From assembly GCF_001194135.2 (NCBI RefSeq), contig NC_068997.1, positions 46,853,054 through 46,917,053 on the forward strand: a DNA stretch of 64,000 bases, given 5' to 3'. The notes below the pieces were generated by a model that was not told where the DNA came from, ran no database searches, and saw nothing but the letters and a program-made list of their open reading frames with translations. Shown here one piece after another: positions 23,566 to 38,968 of the stretch (position 1 is its first letter; every line of letters begins with the position of its first letter). The DNA comes from Octopus bimaculoides (Eukaryota). The translations under genes were made by a program, and so were the position numbers.

Positions 23566-24246
23566 TTGCTTCAACTATTTTAGAGTACTTAAAACTTTTT
23601 CCCCCTGAATACGTGCTGCTTAAAATTGTTCTACTAATATGCCCGTGTGTGTTTCATGCCATCAAATGCAGTAAGTAAATTAACCTTAAATGTGACCAGC
23701 AATCATAATAATTGCATTTATCTTATAATGACGTAACCGACAACCGACCTAGTCAAAACTTAAATTCACAGTGACGATTAACATCACCAACAACAACACT
23801 TAACATGACAGATTTGATGCCCCACGGGGATCTGAGCAGGGGAAAGAGGAATGCTAAATGCTGATTGGCTATAATAAGGGTAGGGCAAGACTATTATCCT
23901 ATGAATTAGCACGTTTTCCGACTAAAGATTAATGTCACAAAAATTACGGTTATTAGAACTATGTGTATGTCTTAAGGGATGTTTGAAATAATAAAAAAGC
24001 AGCATTTATTAAATTACTGTCTTAGTTGTAAGAATTAAACTTTAATCTTCTACGTTTCGTATCGGTTCTGAGAAGAGCTCGTCAGAAGGCGCTCCAGAAT
24101 TAAATGTTGGTGAAGTGTTTCTTAAAATAGAAGGTCCCTCGCTGGTTCCTACGTACGTACATATGTATGTATGTATGTATATATGTATGTATATATGTGT
24201 GTGCGTGCGTGCGTGCGTGCGTGCGTGAGAGTGTATGTGTGTGTGC

Positions 24247-24315
<69 letters not shown>

Positions 24316-25180
24316 TGTGTGTGTGTGTGTGTGTGTATAGGGTACGGTGAATATATTGTCGTCTTAATTGCGCAAAAATTAAAATAACACTGACACCTCA
24401 TTTTAACAGATATATTTACCAAAGTTACATAAAAATAACTTGAAATTCTAAAGAGNNNNNNNNNNNNNNNNNNNNNNNNNNNNNNNNNNNNNNNNNNNNN
24501 NNNNNNNNNNNNNNNNNNNNNNNNNNNNNNNNNNNNNNNNNNNNNNNNNNNNNNNNNNNNNNNNNNNNNNNNNNNNNNNNNNNNNNNNNNNNNNNNNNNN
24601 NNNNNNNNNNNNNNNNNNNNNNNNNNNNNNNNNNNNNNNNNNNNNNNNNNNNNNNNNNNNNNNNNNNNNNNNNNNNNNNNNNNNNNNNNNNNNNNNNNNN
24701 NNNNNNNNNNNNNNNNNNNNNNNNNNNNNNNNNNNNNNNNNNNNNNNNNNNNNNNNNNNNNNNNNNNNNNNNNNNNNNNNNNNNNNNNNNNNNNNNNNNN
24801 NNNNNNNNNNNNNNNNNNNNNNNNNNNNNNNNNNNNNNNNNNNNNNNNNNNNNNNNNNNNNNNNNNNNNNNNNNNNNNNNNNNNNNNNNNNNNNNNNNNN
24901 NNNNNNNNNNNNNNNNNNNNNNNNNNNNNNNNNNNNNNNNNNNNNNNNNNNNNNNNNNNNNNNNNNNNNNNNNNNNNNNNNNNNNNNNNNNNNNNNNNNN
25001 NNNNNNNNNNNNNNNNNNNNNNNNNNNNNNNNNNNNNNNNNNNNNNNNNTGTTGCACCTTGTTTACCATTTTGTCCATGTTCTTTTGCCACGTCATGTAC
25101 CCAGTTATGTATCTATATGTACATGTAGATGAACGTATATACATACACGTACATATATATGCATATACTCATATATTGTT

Positions 25181-25226
<46 letters not shown>

Positions 25227-25442
25227 CACACGCACACACACACGCACATGCACACATGTATACATACATACGTACATGCGTATGTACACACATACATAGA
25301 TATTCTTGGGGTAGGATTGCGAGATCTGAAGTATAGCAGTTATTCAGGTCTAAATCGTTGCATGTTATATAAGAAATAGTTGTGTTTATATAGGTATGTA
25401 TGACAATGAGTTTTTATGCTCGTATCTGCGTGTATTAAATAC

Positions 25443-25477
<35 letters not shown>

Positions 25478-27124
25478 GAGCGTACGTCCAAGTGTGAATG
25501 CGTGTATGCAATATCATGTGTGTGCGTGCTCACGCGTACGTGTAAATGTATGCATAAATACATAGGTGGGTGAGAGCAACATAGTAATATGTGAGTGTGT
25601 GTACGCATGTCTGTGTGTAAGTGTATATATAAACGCATAACTGAAAGAAACAAAGTAGTACACACACGCACACATATATATATATATATGTATGTATATA
25701 TTTATATATATACATATATATGTATGCATACACACACACATATATAGAAACATATATCTATCTATATATATTTATATATATATGTATATATATGTATGTA
25801 TGTATATATATGTATATATATATATATATATATATNNNNNNNNNNNNNNNNNNNNNNNNNNNNNNNNNNNNNNNNNNNNNNNNNNNNNNNNNNNNNNNNN
25901 NNNNNNNNNNNNNNNNNNNNNNNNNNNNNNNNNNNNNNNNNNNNNNNNNNNNNNNNNNNNNNNNNNNNNNNNNNNNNNNNNNNNNNNNNNNNNNNNNNNN
26001 NNNNNNNNNNNNNNNNNNNNNNNNNNNNNNNNNNNNNNNNNNNNNNNNNNNNNNNNNNNNNNNNNNNNNNNNNNNNNNNNNNNNNNNNNNNNNNNNNNNN
26101 NNNNNNNNNNNNNNNNNNNNNNNNNNNNNNNNNNNNNNNNTATATAGATGGATGTGTTCAATAAAATATTCTAATAGCCTTTTATTATTATTTTCTGCTC
26201 TCTTCAGATGGAACAACCATAGTAATGATAACGGGGGTAGTAATGGCGTAATGGTGGATGGCGAGGTTGTGAGAGTGGTGGTGGTTGTGGTGATGGTGGT
26301 GGTGGCGGTAATGATGGTAGTGGTGGTGGTGGTGGTGGCGGTGCATGGCGAGGGGTGGTGAGGGAAGCAACGTACTTGTTGATGCTGATGGATCCATTCC
26401 TACAATATGGCAACTTTCTGTGAGTTTGATAAACGATTTACATCACAGTTATAGGGTAAATCATACGTATCGTTAAAATACATCCACCCCCCACACACAC
26501 ACGCACGCACACACGCATGCACGCACACGGACACATACATACGCGAACATTCACACAGACGCACACATGCACACACACGCACGTACAAAACACCCATAAA
26601 CGCGCGCATACACGCACATACACCTAAACACACACTGACACATACATACGAACACACACATTCACAAACACGTACACAAAGACACAGACACACACATATA
26701 TATATATATGCAGGGGCACATACACTCACAAGCGTACAAACACATACTCACACGCATATACATGCACACATACACACACTTACATATACACGCGTTTCAA
26801 TCTCTTTCTCCACGCATTTATCTGTACTTCACCGTATCTTTATACATGGTTTACAATCTATATGGTATTAAGTGCATGCATATACACACTAACTTAAACA
26901 CATACGCACACATACACACACACGCATATATATATATACACATACATATATACACATACATATATATATATACACATACATATATACACTTACAAATACA
27001 GACACGCGCACACATATATATACATATATATATATAGACACACAGATATATACACACATTCGCACATACACACACACACATATATATACATACATACTCA
27101 AATATATATGAACATAGATACATA

Positions 27125-27198
<74 letters not shown>

Positions 27199-27235
27199 TG
27201 CATGCTTATGTATATATATATATGAATGTATAAGC

Positions 27236-27274
<39 letters not shown>

Positions 27275-27719
27275 TAGATAGATAGATAGATAGAGAGAAA
27301 GAGAGAGAGAAATAGATGGATATTGATATAGATATTAGCATACATGTGTGTGTGTGTGTGTAACAGAGAGAGAGAGAGAGAAAAATACATTAGAAGGAAT
27401 ATTGAGGGGAAAGGACTGGTTAATACTTTTTTGATTCTCCCTAGAGTTTTTTTTTCACCAAACGAAAATGGAGTCCGGTTGGGTGTTTGGTCCGGATTCC
27501 TGCCTTATTTTCTTCACATTCTACACACCGTATCTTCATATCTCACTTTGACTTACATATCTATTTACATCTATGTGTGAATGCGCGCATATGTACGTTC
27601 ATGTATGTATGTATGTATGTATGTATGTATGTATGTATGTATGTATGTATGTATCAATCATTTACGCTTCCTCTCCTCCCCTCTCTCTCTGTATATATTC
27701 ACACACGCACACATATATG

Positions 27720-27768
<49 letters not shown>

Positions 27769-28995
27769 TGTACATATATATATATATATATANNNNNNNN
27801 NNNNNNNNNNNNNNNNNNNNNNNNNNNNNNNNNNNNNNNNNNNNNNNNNNNNNNNNNNNNNNNNNNNNNNNNNNNNNNNNNNNNNNNNNNNNNNNNNNNN
27901 NNNNNNNNNNNNNNNNNNNNNNNNNNNNNNNNNNNNNNNNNNNNNNNNNNNNNNNNNNNNNNNNNNNNNNNNNNNNNNNNNNNNNNNNNNNNNNNNNNNN
28001 NNNNNNNNNNNNNNNNNNNNNNNNNNNNNNNNNNNNNNNNNNNNNNNNNNNNNNNNNNNNNNNNNNNNNNNNNNNNNNNNNNNNNNNNNNNNNNNNNNNN
28101 NNNNNNNNNNNNNNNNNNNNNNNNNNNNNNNNNNNNNNNNNNNNNNNNNNNNNNNNNNNNNNNNNNNNNNNNNNNNNNNNNNNNNNNNNNNNNNNNNNNN
28201 NNNNNNNNNNNNNNNNNNNNNNNNNNNNNNNNNNNNNNNNNNNNNNNNNNNNNNNNNNNNNNNNNNNNNNNNNNNNNNNNNNNNNNNNNNNNNNNNNNNN
28301 NNNNNNNNNNNNNNNNNNNNNNNNNNNNNNNNNNNNNNNNNNNNNNNNNNNNNNNNNNNNNNNNNNNNNNNNNNNNNNNNNNNNNNNNNNNNNNNNNNNN
28401 NNNNNNNNNNNNNNNNNNNNNNNNNNNNNNNNNNNNNNNNNNNNNNNNNNNNNNNNNNNNNNNNNNNNNNNNNNNNNNNNNNNNNNNNNNNNNNNNNNNN
28501 NNNNNNNNNNNNATATATATATATATATATAAATGTATGTATATATGAATGTATGTATGTACTTATGTAAGTATGGATATATGTGTGTAGAAAATCACTT
28601 CCTGTAATGGAGAAAGTGCACGGCATTGAAAATGGTGCTATTACAAATATATAAAATTCTAAAAACATGAACAAATACGCACGTAGAGAATAGATTGAGA
28701 AGCAAAAATTGAAGCCGATGAAATAAATGTACATAGGTATGTATGTATGTATGTATGTATGTATGTATGTATGTATGCATGTATGTATGTATGTATGTAT
28801 GTATGTATGTATGTGTGTGCGTATTTAAGTGTTTTTATTGTTATAAAATACAAAAATTATAAAGCTGTGAACATTAAGTGATTCAATAAAGGTCTCAATA
28901 AAACTATACAGTTAGATGTCATTCATAATACTTTTATTATCAGTGAATCCGAAATGTCACCGACACTTGGCGTCGTCAGACAGCCAGCTACACAA

Positions 28996-29026
<31 letters not shown>

Positions 29027-30147
29027 CACGTATGCATGCATATATCCATACATTGTAAGTGATGTATGTGTATAGTGGAGACGGCTGATGCTGCGGTTTT
29101 CCTCAGGGAAAAATCCCTTTATAGTCGCATTTTATTGAAAAACACAATATACTTCATAGCTAGGCGAAAGGAAATCGTTCCTTAAAATGAACGCTAGTGT
29201 TACTGATACGTATTTCGCTGTCGTTGCAGCTCATCAATGTCACGTATTCGCGTCATTTCCGAAACGAATTTGAATCAGGCAGTCTGAAATATATCCAGCC
29301 AGTGTATAAACAATATACTCGTTCGCATACACATACACATACACACATTCATACACACTCATGCGCATGTATATATGCATACATAGTACATACAGACGCA
29401 GGAGTGGCTATGCGGTAAGTAGCTTGCTTACCAACCACATAGTTCCGGGACTAAACTTGTGCCAAAATTTTAAACGATATTTTTTTTATTAGAAAGTGTG
29501 ATTTCCCAATTCCTAACTTCATGTCTCTCGTTTGCAAGCTTCAGACGACTATGAGGAATAAAATATAAGAAAGATATTTAAAATATTTATATTTTTATTT
29601 CTCATTTTCGGTGTTTTATGTTATTTTTGTTTTATATATTTACATATATTTTGAAATATCAATATATTTAAATAATAATTATGCATTAGATGTGTTTGAA
29701 TACCAGAGTAGATTTTGATGCATAAAATATACCGAAAATTTTTTTTTTTGATAGAAAGAAAAAATTAAAAAAATAAACAAATAAAAACAGTCACGTGGCG
29801 TATATACGTAGAGAAACATGTTGAATAGAGAAAGACAGAGAGAAGGAAGGAAAAAGATGAGTGAAGAAAAGAGATATGAAGGAGAGGGAGGAGAAGGAAA
29901 ATAAAAAAAGAGAGGGGGAAGGATTGGTGCAAAGAAACAAAAATGTATTTGTATAAATATGTATACAAAACATAGAAAACATTTAATAACAAGGAATCTG
30001 GCAGACATATGTGTGTGTGTGTATACATATATGTATGGATGTATATATATATATATATATGTTTATATATTTATTTATATATATATATATATGCATATAT
30101 ATATGTATATATATATGTATATATGCATGTGTATATATATGTATATA

Positions 30148-30193
<46 letters not shown>

Positions 30194-32999
30194 NNNNNNN
30201 NNNNNNNNNNNNNNNNNNNNNNNNNNNNNNNNNNNNNNNNNNNNNNNNNNNNNNNNNNNNNNNNNNNNNNNNNNNNNNNNNNNNNNNNNNNNNNNNNNNN
30301 NNNNNNNNNNNNNNNNNNNNNNNNNNNNNNNNNNNNNNNNNNNNNNNNNNNNNNNNNNNNNNNNNNNNNNNNNNNNNNNNNNNNNNNNNNNNNNNNNNNA
30401 TATATGTATATTGTACATATGTTTACATATACATATACATATGCATACATATATACATATGTGTGTGTATGCGTGTGCGCACGCGTGCGTGCGTATATGT
30501 GTGTGTGTGTGTGTGTGTGAATATATGAATATATGAAAACCGATTAATAATGGAAAGGCAGAGAAAAATAAAATGCAGTCAGAATTAAAGTTTAAATTCA
30601 AATTAAAAGAAGATTAGCAGCTGTAAAAGAAAATAATAAATTATTTGCCAATGGATAAATAATAAATAAATGAATAAATAAACAGATAAAATGTGAAAAG
30701 AGAAAAATGTGCGTGCATAATCACCACATCGAGTAAAGAAAGTAATCTGATGATGCAAAGATAAAAAATTTATATATATAAAAAAAGAATCTTTTGTACA
30801 GTGTGGTGAGAATGACGTCTATACTGGCGGTGTAAGATCCAATTGTTGAAGGAAAGGTCAAAGAAATTAACCATTTGGCAGTAAAAAGTTATACGGTAAA
30901 TATTTAGAGGCGTGCCTGCAGGTATATAGAAGCTCAGACGTTTCATTTGATGCGTGTGAGTTTTGAAACATCATGAGAAGCTTTTCGCTTAAGTACAGAT
31001 AACTGAAACTCGAAAAAAACAGGGGAAAAAAATTTTAAAAATCGATGTCATATGATGCAGAGTACTCTACTACACTCCAATTTATTTTGAATGTACTCGG
31101 ACTGAATTCTTTCGCGACGCAAATGAACTTGGATAAATTTGATGGAAACAATTCTTTTCTGGCTATTTAAATGAATGTATTGGGTTAAATTGCCCATGTT
31201 CAGTTCACTGTAGGGCGAAAGCCTAAGCGTGTTCTGTTCACCCAAGTGTGATCTGCTGTGGAGGTCATAAATTTTAGAATGAGATCATAGTGATTTGATG
31301 AGTCTACTCTGCCACAATAACTCGATAAGAATTAGCAGGGGGATGCAGTTTTTAATACTCATACACAGGAGTAGTTAAGTTGATTACATCGGCCCAGTGT
31401 TCAACCTCGAAAGGATATCGACCTCGAAAGGATAAAAGGCAAAGTCAACCTCGGCGAAATTTGAACACAGAACGTAAGGACAGACAAAATACCGCTAAGC
31501 ATTTCGCCCGACTTGCTAACGATTCTCCGAGCTCACCGCTTTCAATGTGTATGCTGGTAAAATGAATTTTGAATTTATTTTCTGTTGATCCAGTGTAAGA
31601 TTTACACACAGAGCAAGAAAATGGTCAGAATCAATGCCATTACGAGTAGGCAGGGAGGCAATGTTGTTAGCATTGGAGAATCTTCTTGAATTACAGTTGC
31701 TAAAACGACAAGAGAAAATGAAATACAATAACAGCTGACTTTAACTAAACTTCTGTCAAAATTTTATGATACCAATGGATCGCTGGAAAGAGAAAAGAGA
31801 TTAAGGTAAGGAATTCCCTGGCTATTTATTCTTACATTTAACTGTAGGTTAGAATAAATCATAGGATATATCTATATCTAATTTAACGTTGTGTACAAGG
31901 CTTGGTAATATAATAAATCTGATTTGCAGAACCGATACTGCGCTGTGCTTCGTTATAGCAATCGGAAACGGTCACAAACGTAGCTTTATCCAGTGATAAC
32001 GAGAGGGTAGTTTTACTTATACTAGAATTTAAATTTAGAATTTTAGTTGATTTAAATTCTTATTGATATATAATATTTTTCTCCCGGTTTTCTGTAAAGA
32101 AATAAAGTAATTTTAATTGTCTAAAAAATTAACAGTACTAAAATTAATATTGCATTACATTCTTGAACCTATTTCTCTAGATACTTTTATGAGATCAGTC
32201 GTAAGTGTATCAAGTTCAAGTGCGCCCATACGCATGAAATTAAAAACCTGAGTTTTTAAACGTCTGCCGGCATATATCTAATAATTTGTTGTGTAAGGTT
32301 TTACCTCTAAACGGTTGTTTCTTTGATCTTTTAAATAGTGGATATTAACGCCAACGTTTTTGACATTATATTCATCTAACTATGCCGAAGATGCCATTTT
32401 ATTCCTGTTTCTGTTGGCATAATTTCTCCTCAAATAATTTCTTATTCTTTTCTTTTACAGCTATTAAACTGTTGATGTAATTTTAACTTTATTTAGTGCT
32501 TTCTTGTTTTTCGTTTCTAATCGCCGTTTCCCAACTTTCATGTATATTCAAAGTACATATATACGTATATGTCTTCTGACTTTTCTATATTTTATAACAA
32601 TTTTTATTCCGATTCCCTATTTCTCTCTCTTTATTTCTTTTCTTACCTACATTTCCCTTACTCTCTTCTTATTTTTCTGCCTATCTTCTTCGCTTGTACT
32701 CGTTTCCCTTTCTTTCTCCACTCTTTCTTCATTACCATATTCTCCTTACCTTAACCTTTTTATTGGCTATTATTTCTATATTTTAGCTTTGTAATCAGCC
32801 GTCGGTCATATGGTTAACCGATGAAATTGTTTCGTCCCAATTTCTGTGTTATATTTTATGCCATCAAGATTTCCCTTCATTTTCAAATACTTCCAATGTT
32901 AATCTTTTCAATATTTTCTCAAGTTCTATTTGTCATAATCGCCTAAAACCTGGATGCAAGAAACTCGGTGTAACACACACACATGTCTGCTACATATGT

Positions 33000-33590
33000 G
33001 GAAATCTGTGGGTGTGTTTGTTTGTGGCGTGTTATCTAACTCCACTTACATCGTTTTATCGATTTTGATGAAACTTAACACGTGAGTAGAACTCATGTAT
33101 GGAAAACTAGTAACATACTTAGATTCTTGAAAAAAATCGATAATAGGGTCCTGGAAGGGATTCTTATATCTACTACATATACCTAATATATTATTTTTAA
33201 ACATCCAGGGGAAAAACCCCATTCGTTCTTGAAAGGGATCCTTAGATATAGCCAAGGGAAATAACCCCTTCATGTTCGTAAATTATTGCGTATAAATCAA
33301 ATTGAGTATACTTATTTCTTAGTATTTGAACTATTTGAGTTATTTTCACAATTATCCAGTACAACGCTTAAACAAGTAAATAGTATTTTCCTAAACAATA
33401 GATCCACTTATTTCGGTTAGTGACTTATTCACGAATATACCAACACTAGCGCCGCTGAGGGTAATATTCTCTGCGAACGCACAAAAGCTTTTTTAGAGTT
33501 ATTTACTTTGACTTGTTATTATCTCATATCTGATTAGCCCGTTATTACGTAACATGCTTCACGATTTTAGCATACATACCTTATTAGTAT
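33000..33590 (+). mobile_element. Possible non-autonomous Helitron/Helentron-like repeat
   Basis: GTGTGTTTGTTTGT...ATCGATTTTGATGAAACTT motif typical of such elements, and a degenerate AGCCCG.. terminal hairpin start near 33537. Termini are not clean. Confidence 0.35.
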
Positions 33591-33793
33591 TTCCTCCTAA
33601 GTTCTATATATACTCTGGGAACGTAGTAAAGCCCTTTTCGGGGCTACTTTATTTGAATTCTTACTATCGGGTATGTCCCTCGCTGTCGTGGGATAGCGGT
33701 GAGTGTTTATTGAGCGAAAACACCTAAATATCCACGCGGCTCCGGCGTAAAAGAATAAAAGAATAAAAGTATATATATGTATATATATATATA

Positions 33794-33849
<56 letters not shown>

Positions 33850-33992
33850 TGAGTTTGTGTGTGTATGCATATATTTATATTTATATACCTATGTATGTAT
33901 CTCTGTGTTTGTCCCTCCACCACTGCTTGACAACCAATGTTGGTGTGTTATGTTCCTGCTACTTAACAGTTCGGCAAAAGACACCGATAGAT

Positions 33993-34025
<33 letters not shown>

Positions 34026-34039
34026 TATATATACACACA

Positions 34040-34081
<42 letters not shown>

Positions 34082-36439
34082 CACATACATAAATACATAC
34101 ATACATACACATACGTACATACATACATACATACATACATACACGCCTTTGCTATCTGAGCATCAATTATACGAAGACGATCTGAAGCCCCTGTGAATAT
34201 TTAATTAGCCTTACTGTGTATACCCCGAACAGGAGAACAATATCAGCGCTACAATTCCTTTTGTTTACAATGATTAAAAGTTATTTCGAAACACTGAACA
34301 TGTAAAAGCCTCACATCAAAGTGATGTTATCGAGGTGTTGAGATGATTGTGTCTTTTGTTTATAGTTATTAAAATTACCACCTGTTGATCGATTGATCGA
34401 TCTACTGTTTTTCATCGCAATGAGTCATATTAAACCGTGCTAAAATAATTTAACACATAAATATGACTGATATGGTGGAAGATTTCAAAGTATGGTAACG
34501 ATTAGCGGTAACTTAATTTAGTCTGTAGCGTTGTTCATTGTACGTATATTTTACAAGCAGCGCTGTTTGTTGATGGCTACTGTGGCTATAGAAAGGAAAG
34601 TGTTCATATTTGATAATCGAACAGAAAAGACGAAATTTCGATGCATATGCGTCACGATAAAAAGGTTTAAAAAATGAGAAGAATAGTACAACGTCGTTAT
34701 AGTTTGTAAAAGAATTCAGACGATTGCGAGGTACCTTGGACATGTGACTTCTGTTATAGCCCTGGGCTGACCAATACCAAGTAAGTGAATTTGGTAGATG
34801 GAAACTGTGCAAGTCCGCCGTGTGTGTGTGTGTATGTGTGTGCAAAAGCCCCTTAGGACAAAAGCTCCACGGACGAAATACCCTCGGACAAAAGCTCCAT
34901 AGTTAAAGAGTGAAAGTGGATAAAAGCCCCCACGGTTATATTTTTCGGTTATATTTTGTTTTTTCCACCTTTTACTTGTTGCAGTTATTAGACTGCGGCC
35001 ATGCTGGGGCACCACCATGAAAAAGTTTTAGTCGCAGAAAAATCAGCATTTTAAAATTTGAATTTAAAGTTTTCTGTTTTCTTCTCTCAGCACTTACAGA
35101 TTAATGAGAACGAGCTGGCCTTTTGAACTTTCTCCGGCCGAAGCTAGTCATTCAAACATACCTCTTACCGTTTTTATGTTTCTACACATTTCTTGAAGTA
35201 AATGCTTTCCAATGGAAAGGCAAAGACCGATACAGCTTGGCACCAGTGATGTCACAACTCATTTCTACAGCCGAGTGAACTGGAGCAACGTGAAATAAAG
35301 TATCTTGCTCAAGAACACAACACACAGCCTGGTCTGTGAATCAAACTCATTGCTTCATGATTATGAACCGGACGCTCTAATCACCGAGCCATGCGCTCTC
35401 AGTACCAGACCTAAAAATAAGCAGTGGGAGCAATTTGTTAGAGACTAAAACCCGTCTGGGTGGTGCTCCAGCATGATCACAGTCCAATGATTGAAACAAG
35501 TAAAAGATAAAAGTGAACAGGTTACTATTGAAAGCTTTCATTTCCTTAATACATTGTGCAAACGTTATTGTGAATGACATAAACGATCCCTGTATAATAA
35601 AGTTTATACAAACATATCAAAATTATGTAACGATTGTAGCTGTTTTGAAAGTCAAATTAATGTTTTAAAAGGCTTTCATCTAAGTGGAATCACTTTAATT
35701 CATCCTTACTTCCGCGGATTCTTTTTAAATGGCTTTTTAATCCTTCATCAGATTGTCACAACATTGGCAGTACAGGAAGTTCTGAGAAAGATTAATTATA
35801 CGATGTTGATAATTAAGTGCCAACACATTCATTTGTGATGAATTTGTCATCTGGAGTAAATGATTACTAAACAACTGGTTTCAGTGTTAGTCCATTCTGA
35901 CCCTTCTTTTTATTGTTATTATGCATTCGAAACATTATAAACACCTAAATTTGTTGAACAACACGACTCTGATGATTTTTGCGTTTGATCATCATGGATA
36001 CATCTCAACCCTTGACAGTTTTAACAAATATTTTTAACAGTTACAAAAAAGAAAACAACGGATAACGATCCTTCCTGAGTCATATAGAATCAAAATGTCG
36101 ATTTTCCGGTTTCTATGGTGTCTATGTTCCCCACCTGGACAGGACGCTGGTCCGTCACAGGATTTATCACAACCTGGAACCACGCGAAATGAAGTGTTTT
36201 GCTCAAGAACACAACGCATCGTCCGGTTCAGGAATCGAAACCACAATCTTACGATCGTGAGTCCAACATCCTACCCACTAAGCCTCCACTTTGACAGTAA
36301 AAGGCCATGTACAATACGTTGTTAAGTCTCGTACAATGCGTGTATAAGAGAGTGTCTTGTATGGTGCGCTGGTGTGTATATAATACAATAAATAAACAAA
36401 AAAAGTAACTTTTGAGCCATAAGCTCTTAAGGCCGGTCT

Positions 36440-36690
36440 CCGGATTCTGTTGGGTAATAAAGTCACAGAAAAGATGGTCACAGTAATAAAGTCACAATTT
36501 GGGCTAGTAAAAAAAGTCACAATTTGGGCTAGTAAAAAAAGTCACAGGAGAAAAATACAATTTATTTATGGTGGCCGGTAATAAAGTCATAGGAAAAAAA
36601 ATTACAATGAATTTATGGGATCTCGACAAAACTCCCTCGGACAAAAACCCCTCGGACAAAACCCCTGTGACTTTTTTTTTACCTGGATTC
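36440..36690. repeat. MITE-like relic with subterminal tandem motifs (AAAAAGTCACA; GGACAAAA.CCC); related motif cluster at 34850-34945
   Basis: GGTAATAAAGTCACAG at the left and CTGTGACTTTTTTTTACC at the right are inverted. Exact 23-bp tandem ATTTGGGCTAGTAAAAAAAGTCACA. Repeated CCTCGGACAAAA. Confidence 0.45.
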
Positions 36691-36879
36691 GTAGTGAGAT
36701 GTTAGTTTACTTACTGAAAGGTGACCTTTCACTCTGTCGATAAACTGGGTCACATTTTATTTTATAACTACTTACATAGACCTACGTGTTGCAAATTTTT
36801 CTGGGTGCCTCTCTATTTGCCATTTTCAAATCAACCAGAAGCAAGTCAATTCTATGAACGTTTCCTTAGTGAAGTATAG

Positions 36880-37096
36880 TAAACAAGCTTGATCGAGATA
36901 TATCATGGAACTGTACTTTCATGATATTCTATACGTTCATGATAACATTATACCACCTTTGAAATCACGAACAAAAACACTCTGTTGTACGAGTCTGATA
37001 TTTAGAGACCTTTACCTGTTCAACTGTTTGCCTAAAGAAATCAGAAATATTAAAGGAATCTCTACTGAAACATTAAAATAGGCATTGGATAAATAA
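36880..37096 (+). mobile_element. CR1/L2-like LINE ORF2 C-terminal relic
   Basis: ...LFNCLPKEIRNIKGISTETLK*ALDK* resembles the conserved CR1/L2 ORF2 ending (LFN.LP..IR....F K..LD). Confidence 0.5.
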
Positions 37097-37293
37097 GTTA
37101 AGTTGGTACTCCAGCATGGCCGCAGTCCTACAACTGAAACTATTATAAGAATAAAAGAATATCATTGATGTTATATGATGTGCCCCGAAATTGGTTGAGG
37201 ATGTTCTTTTTAGTGAGGGTGCATGACCTAATGATTATAGAGCTGGGCAGAGGGCGAGAGAGAGAGAGGCAGAGAGGCAGATAGAGAGATAGA

Positions 37294-37376
<83 letters not shown>

Positions 37377-38900
37377 CTTTGGATATTGCTGGCACTGTTC
37401 TTTTGTTCTATAAGCAAAGGAGGCTTGAGTAATCTCTTTCTTATCTAGCATCTTACAAAACCATCCACAGAAACGAGGAAACTTAGAGGAATGGGGGTCA
37501 TGGATGGACGGATTTTCAGTACGAGATGGAGAGATTAGATGAGCAAAAAAGAAAAAAAATGAAAAAGCTATTTTCTTTATTGAATATTTTTCGTTCTTTT
37601 AGCAATTTTGACGTATCGATTGTTAATGTTCGATAGTCACATCGTCCGTCTTTGGTGATTGATATAATTTTAAGAATCGTATTTTATTATGAAATTTAAT
37701 CCTTTTTCAAATATGGATAGTGAGTACCTTCAGTATTTTTTTTCTAAGCTGAAGCAAAGTCGAATGTAATTAAAAATGGTAAAGCCAAATGGCAGAACAG
37801 AATCAAGTACAACTTGCGTAAACGAAGTAAAATATTGATTTCAAATTATGGTACACGACCAACAAATTTGGGGAGGGGATAAGTTGATTACATCGACCTC
37901 AGTTCTCAACTGGCACTTATTTTATCGACCCCGAAAGGAATTTGAAAGTCGACCCGGGCGGAATTTGAACTCAGAACGTAAAGACAGACGCAAAGAATTT
38001 TGCCCGGCGTGCTAACAATTCTGCCAGCTCGCCGCCTTTAACGTAGTATAAAATATTCGTTCGCTTTTTTTCATCATTTTAATTCTTTCCTATGTTATTT
38101 GACGTAACAAGAAAAAATATTCTCATCGTAGTGTTTTATGGTATTTTGTAGCTCTTTTCTTCCTCTCCAGCATTTGTTCATCGCTTTTGAAATTTGAATA
38201 AATTTTACCTCTTTTCAGACGTATAACGAAGGAATGCCAAGTAGAAAAGAAAAGAAAAAGCGAACGCATTTAAATGAATACCAAATGGTTGAAATATTTT
38301 TTTCAAGCCATATGGAACAGAAAGAAAGAGAGCGTGTACAGCGGGCAGTTTGTCTTCATTCCTGGGATCAATAGAACTTTGCGCCATTTCTACATTACCT
38401 GGCTATTTTCCCATCTGCATTCCAACTTATTTTTGCGCTTCTCTTCCTCCACAGCTTTTGGATTTTTTCTCATACAATTCACCTTCCAGACAAATCCTCA
38501 CTTTATTTTTTTCACTAATCGATGACTGTCATTTGCGAGCATCCGCTAGTTTTGCCAATCCTTTGACTAATAAAAAGGCTACATTTTCATCGATCAATGA
38601 AGCGTTCGTTATCAAAGGAGGGTTCGGGCCGATGTTTTAGCCAGTTGGCCAAGCAAGAAGACAGTTCTTTCGCACAGTTATTCTCTCACACTCATTCTTT
38701 TGGTTCGTTTTTGACACTTTCTCGTCACTCACATACTTTATTCTCTCACTACTCAGATTAAGAGAGTTGTAGTCTTGTGCAGCTACTTCACAACATTCGA
38801 TTTTGTGTCTCTCCTCTATACGCTCTGATAAAAATCTCCTCCATAAGCAAACATACGATGGAAAGAACGTGCTGTGATAAACCTTTCTTTCAAACACACG

Positions 38901-38968
<68 letters not shown>

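Noticed and set aside
23855-23880. Inverted CCAAT plus TATA-like CTGATTGGCTATAATAAG
   Set aside because: Short motif expected by chance; no associated gene start.
24046-24090. Minus-strand CTGACGAG...CGAAACGTA hammerhead-like core
   Set aside because: Core nucleotides are perfect but stems I and II pair poorly; cannot be supported without homologues.
30811-30845. Possible 30-nt micro-exon (CGENDVYTGG) between TACAG and GTAAGA
   Set aside because: Too short to assess; no supporting exons.
31594-31805. 212-nt segment with good acceptor and AAG|GTAAGG donor
   Set aside because: All three frames contain stops, and part resembles a Tc1/mariner HTH relic (KLLSKFYDTNGSL); no evidence for a real exon.
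38205-38860. Non-repetitive stretch with several 50-100-aa ORFs on both strands
   Set aside because: Only vague similarity to transposase HTH regions; no diagnostic motif.
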